Of a stretch of 64,000 bases of DNA, positions 11,491-23,082 are shown piece by piece (the stretch's first letter is position 1; each line of letters opens with the position of its first letter). A model generated the notes under the pieces. That model was given only the letters and a program-made list of their open reading frames with translations. It had not been told where the DNA came from and made no database searches. This DNA comes from Prorocentrum cordatum (Eukaryota): assembly GCA_963575745.1 (NCBI GenBank), contig CAUYUJ010000037.1, positions 248,001 through 312,000 of the forward strand. Direction: 5' to 3'. The position numbers were made by a program, and so were the translations under genes.

Positions 11491-14400
11491 CGTGGACCTC
11501 CTGGATCTTCATTATGGCCCTGCTGGTGTGGGAGAGCTGGGCTCAGTTGGTACTGCCGAAGGCATTGTTGCTGCCTTCGTGATCCCGAACATGCATCAAA
11601 CCCAGGCGACGAAGTCGCCAGCTCAAACTCTGCTGAATCGTCATAGGGCCCTCCCGCCTGCAGCGTGCTACACAGCCATGCGCAACAAGAGGCTTGCTGT
11701 CACGCTGATCAGGACGAAGACCCGTGGCAATGAACGCTTCGCCGAACGGGCATAGACGTGCACCAGGCGTTTGTTTGCGATACCTTTGGAGAGGCGCCAG
11801 GCGAGCGGGGCCTGGCCAGAACGATAAGGAGAGGACGAGGAAGGACGATGAAGGACGAGAAAGAGGAGGAGGAGGAGGAGGAGGAGGAGGACGACGAGAA
11901 AGCAGAACGAGAAAGAGGACGAGAAAGGATGACGAGAAAAGAGGACGAGAAGGACGAGAAAGGAGTGGGAAGGAGGACGAGGAGGAGGGGGGGACGCCCC
12001 CGTCTACGGCGCCTGCCCCCCGCCAGCGTTGCCCTGCTGCTGGGACGAGGAGGCGCGGGGGCGAGGGCTCGAGCTTTATCAGCAGACGAGCCCGCCGCTT
12101 CGAGCTTCGAGGCGGAGGGGACGCCGACGACCACGACGACGCCTCCCTCGCCCTCCTCTGTACGGCGTGCGCGCGCGCCAGCCTCTCGGAGCCCTCGAGC
12201 CGGAGCCTTGCGCCGAGCCTGTTCACGGAGGAGGAGCCGGCAGCCGCACCCCCGGGGTCGCGCCAGAGGAGGACCAGCCCGGAGGAGGGGGGCCTGGAGA
12301 GTCTAGGCCTCCTGGATGGGGTCCGGCGGACGGGGTCGGAGGATCGCGCCGCATCGACGATGCATTGGCGATTTGGCTAGATGTGGCGCCCGATCTTCTC
12401 CACGCCGACGTCGCCGATGCATCGCCGATGCATCGGCGACGCGGCGCGATCCTCCGACCCCATCTACTTGAACCCCTTCTTGGAGGCCTCCAGAGGGGGA
12501 ACGGGTCCTGGAGGTTCGTCTCGAGCGAGCGAGCGTGCCTTGCACCAGACGGTGCGTGAGCAGGGAAGAGGAAAAGGATTTCGCATGATGCCTTCAGCAA
12601 CCGCTCCAGGCCACCACGGCCAGCTCCCAGTCGCGCACTGCACCGCCCTGAGGGCGGAAGTAGTCAGCCAGACGACTCTGGGAGCCAGCAAGTTCCGAGG
12701 AGGTCCGTCTCGAGGAAGAAACTTTTGGAGGTCCGCGCGGATTTCCTTGGGATCGGCGCTGGGCCTTCCAGGCGGCGCCTCTGGCGTCGCCCCTGGCGCG
12801 TTCCGCAAGCCTCTCGGAGCCTTCGAGCCAGGGCCTTGCACCGAGCTTGTTCACGGAGGAGGGATCGGCGGCCGCATCCCCTGGCGTGCTGGAAGAGGAC
12901 CAGCATGGAGGATCGGGGAGGGCCAAGGGGGGTCACCAGTTTCTCCTAAGGTCCGAGGTTCCAGGATCGAGGCTCGAGAAGGCTTTGGGACGTTTCGGGC
13001 CGTCTCGGTGGGCTCTGGAGCGTTCTGGGAGGGCACATGTGAAGTGGCTTTTCCCCGACGTGGAGGCGAATCCCCTCGTGTCGACCCTCAGGAGCGAAGA
13101 ACAGGCACAGGCGCAAGTTAACGACCATTCCCAGGAAACGATCGGAAACTGTGGGAACTGCAGGGGAAGACGAAGCCTCGAAACTATGCTGGGGGGAGAG
13201 GGGCCCTGGAGGCGGGGACGAGTCCCAGAGGCTATGTCGCAGGGCCTCGGGGTCTGCGCGCAGACAGCCCCCCCCCCCCCCAAAGGTCTCCTGGCTTCGC
13301 TCGGGCGTGTAGGCATTATTTTGCTCGGCGAGGACAACGGAGGAGCATATCGGGTCTTCCTGAGGGGGAACAGAAGCACGAACCCGAGCAATGCGCGGGG
13401 AAGGGACGTGCGAGCGATGACGAGAGCAGTCCTGGCTGGCCTCGACAGGCCCCCCGAGTAGTCCCAGGGCGGTCTCAGCGCCCCGGTGCCGCCTCCAGCG
13501 GCACCCCTGCCACGCTCCGCACCCCAGGGTTGGGACGTTGAGACCGCCCCGGACTCGGAGGCCAGCCGAGGCTACCCGCGGAGGCTGCTTGCGAGCATCG
13601 CGAGGCCTTACCAGGAGGTTCGTCGCCGTCTTCAGCCCCGCGGGGACTTCCCGGGGCCGGGGATCGTCAACAAAGCGACTCGGGTCGAGAAGATGGTCCG
13701 TGGGGAGGCCCCGGGGTCCAGGACCTGCGTCCGTCAGTCCCCTTCGCGTTCATGCAGCTGGAGGGAGGTCCCTCCCAGCCCGCCTCTCCGCGATTTTTGT
13801 AAGATTTGCCATCACCAGCTGCAGTTGCCCTGGAGGTGGAGGGGTCGTGCACGGCACCTAAAGACCGACAGTAGGTTCAGAGCTTTCATTTTTGAGGGGG
13901 GCCTGCGGTCATGGGTGGCAGAGGCCCGATGCACGCATTTTTGATAAGGCACGCTATGCGATGTGTGTCCACCGCGGACAAGAGCCGATACACCAGTGGC
14001 ACGTTCGCCAGCCTGGACCTCAGGGAGTGCGCTGTTGCATTGTGGATGTGACGGCGACCGGCGAAAGCTACATCGTGTGAGCTAAGAGCACCCTGGCATC
14101 GCTCGGACGTGTGCATCTTTTCTCGGCGAGAACCATCGAGGACTATCCTGGACCATGGACAAAAAACACGCACGGAACCGAAAAATGTACGGGAAATGGA
14201 CGTCCGAGCGATGGCAAGGCACGGGCCGCCCACGAAGCGCCCACGAGGCGGCACGGGCGGCAGCGAGGCGCAACCTCGGGAAGACCACCCGGCGCACGCG
14301 GCGCCCACGAGGCGACGGCGAGGCGTCGCGGGCGGCGGCGGCGAGGCGCCGCAACCCCGGGAGTCTCACCCCGGGCGCACGCGGGGCGCCTGCGAGGCGC

Positions 14401-15139
14401 CCACGAGCGGGCACGGTCGGCAACGGGGTGCAGCTCGGGAAGCCCACCCAGCGCACGGGGCGCCCACGAGTCGCCCACGAGGCGGCACGGGTCCGAAACT
14501 TGGCGACAGGCCGGCAAGTTCATCCGATGTCTTCTGTCACCTGAGCAAGAACCTCACGGTGCAAGCACTGTTTGGGACAATTCTCGGGGTGGAGCGGACT
14601 AAGTCCGACAGCATCCCAGAGAGCGCATTTGATTAGACCCGGGAAGCACGACGGGAACGAAACTCGTGGGAATGTTGTCTGTGTGATCCATGTTGTTAAC
14701 ACACACGCACGTAGAGGGAGGGAGAAAAAGAGAGAGAGAGAGAGAGGGAGGGGGAGGGAACGAGAGGAGAGAGAGAGAGAGAGAAAGAACACGAGAAAGA
14801 GAGAGAGAGAGAGACAGATATATACATATATATATATATAACAAGCCAGAAGGTTAGCTATACATAGACAGAGAGAGAGAGAGAGAGACATCAAAAGAAA
14901 TATAGAGAGATGCCACAACAACATACCAGGCAAAGAGGGCACTGTCAGGGGAGAAGGTGGACACATGAAGAAGCAGGATAACGGATCATTTGCGTGGCCC
15001 TGGATTTTCTCCCATGAGCGTTCCTCGGATCCCCGACGTTATGTTTTTTCCCCAAACAGCTTGCTGAACGGGGTGCTGTTGTGATAGAAGCTAATTCCGG
15101 CCGAGGGAAAGCTAAGCAGAGACATCCTCAAACAAATGT

Positions 15140-17165
15140 GGTGGGTGGTCCGGCCCGTTTCGCCTGAGACATCCTCACAACTCTCGTTTCTGAGTTGTCC
15201 GGGATTGAGCGTTTCGCCTGAGACATCCTCCTAAATCTGAGCTCTGAGAGGCCGCGCGAGAGGTGGTCCGGGCCGTTTCGCTTGAGACATCCTCGAAACT
15301 CTGAGCTCCCAGATGCCGCGCGAGAGGTGGTCCGGGCCGTTTCGCCTGAGACATCCTCGCAACTCTGAGCTCCAAGATGCCGCGCGCGAGGTGGTCCGGC
15401 CCGTTTCGCCTGAGACATCCTCGAAACTCTGATCTCCCCGATGCCGCGCGCGAGGTGGTCCGGCCCGTTTCGCCTGAGACATCCTCGAACTTCTGAGCTC
15501 TGAGATGCCCTGCGCGAGGTGGTCCGGCCCGTCTCGCCTGAGAAATCCTTGCAACTCTGAGATCTGAGATGCCGTGCGCAAGGTGGTCCGGCCTGTTTCG
15601 CACAAGATATTCTCGCAACTCTGAGCTCTCAGATGCTGCGCAAGAGGTGGTCCAGCCTGGGGGCCCAGAAGGCCACATGTTACATATCCTCCATGGGACC
15701 CTGCGAGCCTCAGGAGGCCCCAGAGAGGTCCAGGAGGCCGCAGGACGCCCAGGACAGGCCCCAGGGGCCCCCAGGAGATTCCCAGGAGGCCCCAGGAGGC
15801 CCTCTATCAGAACGTGTCAAGTTAATACACATCCGGTGTCGATTCGTTGATTTTTCCTGCTCTTGTGCCCCCCCCTCCATTTGGAGAGGCCCAAGCGGCC
15901 ACAGGTTAGATATCCCCCCTGGGAGCCCCAAGATGCTTCAGGAAACCTCAGGTGGAGTTCAGGAGGCCACAGGAGGCCCAGGAGGAAGCTCCAGGAGGTC
16001 CCCAGGAGGCCCAGGAGGCACCAGGAGGCCGCAGGACGCCCAGGACAGGCCCCAGGGGTCTCCAGGAGATTCCCAGGAGGCTCCCAGGAGGCCCCAGGAG
16101 GCCGCTTATCAGAACGTGTCAAGTTAATACACATCCGGTGTCGATTCGTTGATTTTTCCTGCTCTTGTGCCCCCCCCCCCTCCATTTGGAGAGGCCCAAA
16201 CGGCCACAGGTTAGATATCCCCCCTGGGAGCCCCAAGAGGCTTCAGGAAACCCCAGGTGGAGTTCACGAGGCCACAGGAGGCCCAGGAGGAAGCTCCAGG
16301 AGGTCCCCAGGAGGCCCCAGGAGGCACCAGGAGGCCCCCGCAACTCGGAGCTCTGAGACGCCGCGCTCGAGGTGGTCCAGCCCGTTTCGCCTGAGACTTC
16401 CTCGCAGCACGTTTCGCCCGAGACATCGTCGCAACTCTGGGGTCCGAGATGCCGCGCGCGAGGTGGTCCAGCCCGTTACGCTGGAGACATCCTCGCAACT
16501 CTAGGCTCCGAAATGCCGTTCGCATGAAGAGGAGGTGGAGGAGGAGGAGGAGGAGGAGGAGGAGGAGGAGGAGGAGGAGGAGGAGGAGGAGGAGGATGGA
16601 AGGGAGAAGGAGGAGGCGGATGATGTGCATGAGGGAGCAGGCAGGAGGAGGGGGAGGTCCCAGAGAGCTTCAGGAGGCCGCAGGACGCCCAGGACAGGCC
16701 CCAGGGGTCCGCAGGAGATTCCCAGGAGGCTCCCAGGAGGCCCCCCTCTATCAGAACGTGTCAAGTTAATACACATCCGGTGTCGATTCGTTGATTTTTC
16801 CTGCTCCTGTGGCCCCCCCCTGTATTTGGAGAGGCCCAAACGGCCACAGGTTAGATATCCCCCCTGGGAGCCCCAAGATGCTTCAGGAAACCTCAGGTGG
16901 AGTTCAGGAGGCCACAGGAGGCCCGGGAGGAAGCTCCAGGAGGTCCCCAGGAGGCCCCAGGAGGCACCAGGAGGCCCCCGCAACTCGGAGCTCTGAGACG
17001 CCGCGCTCGAGGTGGTCCGGCCCGTTTCGCCTGAGACTTCCTCGCAGCACGTTTCGCCCGAGACATCGTCGCAACTCTGGGGTCCGAAATGCCGCGCGCG
17101 AGGTGGTCCAGCCCGTTACGCTGGAGACATCCTCGCAACTCTGGGTTCCGAGATGCCTTTCGGGA
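15140..17165. repeat. Composite tandem array: ~60-bp units (gaggtggtccggcccgtttcgcctgagacatcctcgcaactctgag), ccaggagg runs and three copies of an AT-richer cassette
   Basis: The cassette tatcagaacgtgtcaagttaatacacatccggtgtcgattcgttgattttt starts at 15805, 16107 and 16749. Confidence 0.9.
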
Positions 17166-17869
17166 TGAAGAGGAGGTGGACGAGGAGGAGGAGGAGGCAT
17201 GTTTTAACATGCCATGCCAGCCCGCACTAGGCGGGCACGCAATCGACCTTGGAAACCGCAGTGGGTCTAAAAACCCTGTTTGGGGATACTGCACTCCGGC
17301 TATAATTCTTTTTTTCTGGCAACGTGGACCCCTGGACATTTCGACCCATCCCGAGTCGCTGTTTGACGGCCCTGGAGCGCGGCGAGGGCCCCAAGGGGCC
17401 GAAACACGTGAGACACCTTCCGCCGCGGACGACTTGTGTGCACCTTATCGCGTTGGCGCCTCACGGGGAGTTGTCGATCCTCGAACCGAAGTGGTACAGT
17501 GCATAGATCTGCTGGGCCCCAGAGCCGAAGAAGTGTGCAACGTGCCGCGCTGGAGCTGGGCCTGAAGGGCCTTTCCGCGTGGTTTTTTTGGATCGGCGCT
17601 GGGACCCCACTGGCGGCGCCTCCAGCGCCGCCGGGCCCAAAGCGCAGATCGAAGACAGTTTCTGTTTATGTTGCCCTGTGTGTTCCCGATCGGCGCCGTT
17701 CTCGTAATTCGTCGTTGTCGTCGCCCCCAGGAGCTCCGAGCGCGTCTTGGAGCGCTGGACCCTGCGGCGCTGGCCACGGAGCTGACGTCCGGGCCCGATG
17801 GCCTCTGCCGTGAGGCCGCGCGCGGGGGGCGCGCCGCTCGCGGACGAGCGGCCCCTCCCCTCGCCCTCC

Positions 17870-18780
17870 CCCTCCTTCCTCCTCCTCTCCCACTTCACCC
17901 TCTTCCTCCCCCCTCCTCCTCCTCCTCCTCCTCCTCCTTTTCCTCCTCCTACTTCTTTTCCTCCTTCTCCTCCCCATTCCCCCCCTCTTCCTTTTCTTAT
18001 CCTGCTTCTCCTCCTCCTCCTCCTTCGCTCCTCCTTCCCTCCTCCTCCTTCACCTCCTCCTTCTTCGCTCCTCCTCCTTCCCTCCTCCTTCTCCTCCTAT
18101 TCCTTCTCCTCTTCCTCCTCCTCCTCCTCCGCCCCCTTCGTTTCCTCCTCCTCCTTGTTCTCCTCGTCCGCGTCCTCCTTGTCCTCGTCCTCCTCCTCCT
18201 CCTCCTCCTCCTCCTCCTCCTCCTCCTCCTCCCCGTCAAGTTTTGGCCTCTGGGGGGCGTCATCGGGCCCGGGACTGTCCGACAACGACTTGGGACAAGG
18301 GGCGGGGCCTTGGCTCGCATCTATGAAGAATCACGACGGAAGCGTTCCTCAGAGGAGAAAGATGTCATGATAATACAGCACTCCAAGACTTCCCAGATGC
18401 CCCAGATTTTCCAGATGTCCCATTGTTTCGCATAAGCTCCAGAAACGAGTGCCGCTAGATATTCCAGAACTTCTGGAACACGTCCTGAGTCAATCGCACC
18501 CTGACATCATTCTCATCCTGGTTTCCCCCCCCTCCTCCACAATTTGTTGGCCTTTGGGGGCGCCCTCACCGGGCCTCGGTAGGAGGAGGAAGAGGACAAG
18601 GAGGAGGAGGAGGAGGAGGAGGAGGAGGAGGAGGAGGAGGAGGAGAAGGACGTGGAGGGGGGCGGGGGGGGTGGAGGAGCAGCTCTCGCGGGAGAAAGGG
18701 GGAGGGAGGAGCAGCTCCCCGAGCGAGGGGGAGGGGGAGAGGGAGGAGAAGAAGGAGGAGGGGGCGAAGAAGGAGAGCTT
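17870..18780. repeat. (CCT)n and (GGA)n tracts flanking a ~350-bp core
   Basis: Direct reading. Confidence 0.85.
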
Positions 18781-21020
18781 CTTGCGCATCTGTGTCCCAG
18801 AGCTCGGAGCCCTTTCTTTCCGTCGCCGTCGTCGTTCGACGTCGTCCGCCTCCCTGGCCAATTCGGACCTCCCTGACGTCTGGGCCCGTGGCTCCTGGCC
18901 CTCGAGGCCTGGCCTGGTGGCACGGAGCTCCTTATTTCTGTCATTGTTGTTCGCCTTGCTGTCCATCTCGGACCTCCCTGCCCTGACTTTCTTGCACCTG
19001 GCTGCCTCGCTCCTCCTTTCCCTCACCGGTCCTGCGTGCAAGAGCCAGGTTCATGCCTGCCACTTGTTTTGACGCACGGGGAGCTCGGCCTGGAGGAATG
19101 ATAGCATGATGATGAGAACTCTCCAGGCGGATGATTGCGAAGCAGGGGGTTGACCTGAGCAGTAGCTTTTTATCGATCAGGCATGTCTCGCCAGGAGCGC
19201 GTCCTGCCGTATCCCATCTCCTCAGTGCTCCTAATTATAAGAGTTTTATGCTTGTTTCGTGTCACGACCCTGGCTCATTCATTGATTCAAGCTCACGCGC
19301 CATGGCTCAGAGTCACGCGCCTTCAGACTCTCTCACCACTCAGACGACGTCCACCCAGGCGCACTTGTACCCAGTTACGTAGCCATTCTTGTTGCCTCAC
19401 TCCTCACTTGTAGGACCTCTTCCTCAATATCGTCCATTTTCGGGCACACACACACTCAGACGAATGTGTACTCGCTCATGACCACTCATACCCGGTCGCT
19501 CGAACTCATATTTCTCACGCTCAGACTCGCTCCCTCTCAGAATCACCCGTAATCAGTCACACTCAGACTCTGACACTCATGCTCGTATTCATTTACTCTC
19601 AGACCTGTTCATATTCATCATACCTCATGCTCAGGCAAGTGATATACTTTTGGGGCGGTGGACGCGTCCGTGTCCACAGTCTCATTATCACCGCGCTGTG
19701 GCAGGCACCACCCCCAGGCATCCCAAGGGGGAGCCACCACATGTGCATCCGATGTCTCAACCATCGCTCTTTGGGCCTACCAGGAGTGGCTTGGGTGGGG
19801 GAGGGGGGGGGCACCAGGGAACATCGAAAAGGATCGGTTGTGCCAAGATTCGATTGGCTTCTGTTGTAGAACGCCCTGTGGGGCGGTGTCGACGCGCTTC
19901 TGTTCAGACTCGGATGATCATCTGCGAGGTAACATCCGCCGCACTCGGGCCTCCCAAGAAGGAGCCACCGAATTGGGATTCCACGGTCCCGTTCGCGCCC
20001 ACATTGGTGGGACTTGCCAGGCGCGCCCGTTTGGGGCGATGGATGCGTCTCTGTTCAGAGACCCATGACCACCGCGATGTAGCAGGCTCGGCAATCAGGC
20101 TCCCAAGTGGGGGCCGACCTGTGGGGTCTTTCACACGCTTTTGCATCTTGTCCTTGGAATCTGCGTGTTCCATGCCGAGATGGGGCTTTTCCCACTGAGG
20201 TGCATGGTTTTTAGATCTTCGTTTCGCCACGATGTGATGTGCCCTGACCTGTACTGTGTCTCCCAAATGTGTTTTATCCTTCGTTGTACTTGATATTAAA
20301 TGAAGTGTGGGAAGGGAGGAGGAGGGGAAATGACAGGGGAAAGTGGGGTGGATGGCGAGTGGAAGGAGGAATGGGAGATGGAGCAGGAGTGGCATACGGG
20401 AGGAGGAGGAGGAGGAGGAGGAAGAGGAGGAGGAGGAGAAGGAGGAGGAGGAGGAGGAGGAGGCGTGCTTCATCTTAAGAACGCCCTGGTCGTTTTTTTG
20501 TTGGCGTTTTCTAGTTTGGGCTCTTGACACGCTGAAGAGACTAAAACAGCGCTACGTTTTTTGTTTACGTTTTTACTTGGGGGCGTTTTCAGGTTCGTCG
20601 CTGTGGTACAGCGTTTTGTTGCGATTTTTGCATTATCGTCGAAGGCTCCTCCTTGTCTTCTCTGCCAGCTTGGCTCCCGCGCTCCCCGCCCTGCCACCGT
20701 TCGCACTTTCTGCCCCCCCTTTCCTCTCCCAGGTCGATGCACCTGCCTTGATCCATGAGCTGCGTACACGGGGGGGCCCAAAACTGGTTCCCGCGAGGAG
20801 ACCCCAAAACGCAAAAAACAAAAAAAAATAATAATCAACAGAACAACGATTTGACACCGGTCTAATACCGGAAGTGGGGTGCCAGCAGGGGATGGCGGGC
20901 TTCCGCGACGAGGCACCAGCGACGGCCACAGGAAAGCAAATTGGTACAAGGAAGACGGTCGGAATTTGCAAGGATATAGAAACACGCAGTCTACGGATCG
21001 GAAAACGCTAAAATTTGGCC

Positions 21021-21120
21021 TGTTAGTGCGGAGTGTGCTTGCAAACGGGCACGGGATTGAGGGACCCAACGGCGTCTTCACCATGCTCCCCTGTATTCCA
21101 CTATATATTCGCTCAAGCTT
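21021..21120 (+). repeat. Split direct repeat A1 (100 bp)
   Basis: tgttagtgcggagtgtg...cgctcaagctt, identical by eye to 27729-27828. Confidence 0.95.
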
Positions 21121-21136
21121 TCACAGGTTCGCTCGC

Positions 21137-21604
21137 ATGGGCCTCCCGCGTGGGCCCCTGGCAGCCGCGGCGGCGGCCGCGGTCCATGGGCTGCTGGCGT
21201 TAGGGCTCTGGAGCTCAACGCCCGCGCCTGCTTGCCCGCAGCCGGTGTGCCCGTCGCCATTCTGCCCGGCGCTGGTCTGCCCCGACTGTGTGTCGGTGGC
21301 CGGCGCGCCCGACCCGGGGCCGCCGGGTGGCCCTGCGGCTCTCGGCCTGGGCGAGGTGCCCGAGGAGCTGGCGGAGATCCGCTCGGCGGCGCTTCGCCTG
21401 GAGGAGCAGCTCGCCTTGGTGCAGGCGGCGCTGGAGGCCGCTTGGAACGCCTGGCCGTTGCTCTGGGTGCTCATCGGTGGGGCGGGCAGGGATCTGCTCG
21501 GTCGCCTGACCGATAGGTGCCGTCGGCGTCATGCTGTCGAACAGGAAGTACCAGCTGTTCTCCTCCAGCGGCCTCGTCGTGCCGGAGGAGGAGTTTATGC
21601 GTGA
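21137..21604 (+). CDS. Element ORF0: 155-aa protein with hydrophobic N-terminus, CPxxx repeats, coiled-coil-like segment, TM-like segment and basic tail
   Basis: The ATG follows A1 closely; CPQPVCPSPFCPALVCPDC; EELAEIRSAALRLEEQLALVQAALE; WPLLWVLIGG; GC3-rich codons. Confidence 0.65.
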   Translation: MGLPRGPLAAAAAAAVHGLLALGLWSSTPAPACPQPVCPSPFCPALVCPDCVSVAGAPDPGPPGGPAALGLGEVPEELAEIRSAALRLEEQLALVQAALEAAWNAWPLLWVLIGGAGRDLLGRLTDRCRRRHAVEQEVPAVLLQRPRRAGGGVYA

Positions 21605-23063
21605 GATGAAGCCGGGCAAGCGGTTTGCCCTTTGGTATGAGGACGACACTTACTGGCACGAGCGGGTCGCGCTGGCGGAGGTGCGGCCAGGGGTGTGGAT
21701 CATCACCACTCCCGATGGGCATCGCTACTCTGAGAATATCAGGTGCCGCCGGGGTACCTCAGGCGCGGTGGAGGCGGTGCATCTCGTCCCTGATGCCGAG
21801 CTGCTGGAGCCGATGAAGGGGCACTTCTACCGGTTTCGCACCGCGTTCGACGCCGCGGACCTGGTGGAGCAGATCAAGCTGGCTGAGGGCGAGTCCTATG
21901 GCATCACTCGTCGTCGGCGGCCGTCGCCTGAGGCCATTGCCCTGTGGGACGGGAGTGAGGTCGAGTATCAGGCGCTGATGGACTCGGACGGGGCGCAGCT
22001 GGTGCCCTTGGCTGGGGACGACGGTGAGGCGAGGCCTGCTGTCGCGCCGGGCGCCGCGGCTCTGCCGCTGGCCGCGCCCGCTGGCCCGCCGCCGGACGTC
22101 ACCTGGCTCATCGTCGACCCGCTCCACCCTGATTTCGGTCGGGAGCGCCATCCTGCTCCAGACGCCGAGATGGCAGGTGACTACGCCATGGCGTTGGACG
22201 CGAGTCGGCGGCTGGTGCCAGTGAAACGGGTGCCGATCGCCGACGTGGCCACCTTCTTGGACACGGTGCACATGACGGTGCGCAAGATCCTGGACGAGGA
22301 GGGCGCCGCCGTGAAGGCGGACAAGGGTCTGGAGGGCCGCCTGAGCGAGGCCCTGGACGGCGGCACCAAGACCCCTCCTGCGGGCGAGGACGCGAGGACC
22401 TTGTCGGTGAGCTACGACGAGCACGGGGAGCGGCACAAGGACTGGCGATCGGTCTGCGCCGAGATCTCGTTCAGCCACTTCAGCGACTGGGAGAAGCACC
22501 ACGAGGGGCCGGCGACCACGCTCGCGTTGTTCAAGAACATCCAGCGCCAAGGGGGAGATCCTCGCCTGTTCTATCCCATATGGTGCCGGGACGCGGGCGT
22601 CAGCCCTCAGGAGCGCACGGGCATCGAGATGAAGCTCCTGCTGGACATCCTGTACCTGAGCGGCTGCTACGACCAGGTCAACGGGCCATCGCTGGCGAGC
22701 ATCGAGGCCGTGTCGAGGAGGGTGTGCCAGATCATAGAGGCGTACTCCACTGGCGCTCCTGGCCGCGCGAACTGGGAGGGCGTGAAGCACTTCATGCCTC
22801 TGGCCAACTCGGCCTCGGCGGTGCCGCCGGAGCTGCGCTCGCATGCCCACCGCCGCGCGAAGGAGGAGGTGGAGATCGAGAACATGCGCATGAGGGCGCG
22901 CGGGCTGCATCCGGGTGCCGGCGCTGAGGGCAGTCAACCTGTCCTTCCTGGCGCAGGCGGAGGCGGAGGCGGCCGCGGCGGGGGGCCCAAGGGCGACCCG
23001 AAGGGCGGAGGACGTGGTCAGCCCAAACAGGGATCCCAGCCGGCGTGGAGGCGGAGAAGGTGA
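21531..23063 (+). CDS. Element ORF1, gag-position protein (510 aa)
   Basis: Intact ORF with coding-like codon bias, upstream of pol, ending in a Gly/Lys/Arg-rich tail. The gag identity rests on position only. Confidence 0.75.
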   Translation: MLSNRKYQLFSSSGLVVPEEEFMREMKPGKRFALWYEDDTYWHERVALAEVRPGVWIITTPDGHRYSENIRCRRGTSGAVEAVHLVPDAELLEPMKGHFYRFRTAFDAADLVEQIKLAEGESYGITRRRRPSPEAIALWDGSEVEYQALMDSDGAQLVPLAGDDGEARPAVAPGAAALPLAAPAGPPPDVTWLIVDPLHPDFGRERHPAPDAEMAGDYAMALDASRRLVPVKRVPIADVATFLDTVHMTVRKILDEEGAAVKADKGLEGRLSEALDGGTKTPPAGEDARTLSVSYDEHGERHKDWRSVCAEISFSHFSDWEKHHEGPATTLALFKNIQRQGGDPRLFYPIWCRDAGVSPQERTGIEMKLLLDILYLSGCYDQVNGPSLASIEAVSRRVCQIIEAYSTGAPGRANWEGVKHFMPLANSASAVPPELRSHAHRRAKEEVEIENMRMRARGLHPGAGAEGSQPVLPGAGGGGGGRGGGPKGDPKGGGRGQPKQGSQPAWRRRR

Positions 23064-23082
23064 AGTTGCCGGGACAGGGGTG

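Noticed and set aside
13640..13830. Minus-strand RFVDD preceded by GKSYKNRG, possibly a Penelope-like RT relic
   Set aside because: One short motif across broken frames is too weak to call without a profile search.
20879..21136. N-terminal extension of ORF0 in the ORF track
   Set aside because: It crosses the element boundary at 21021 into flanking DNA; the ATG at 21137 is more plausible.
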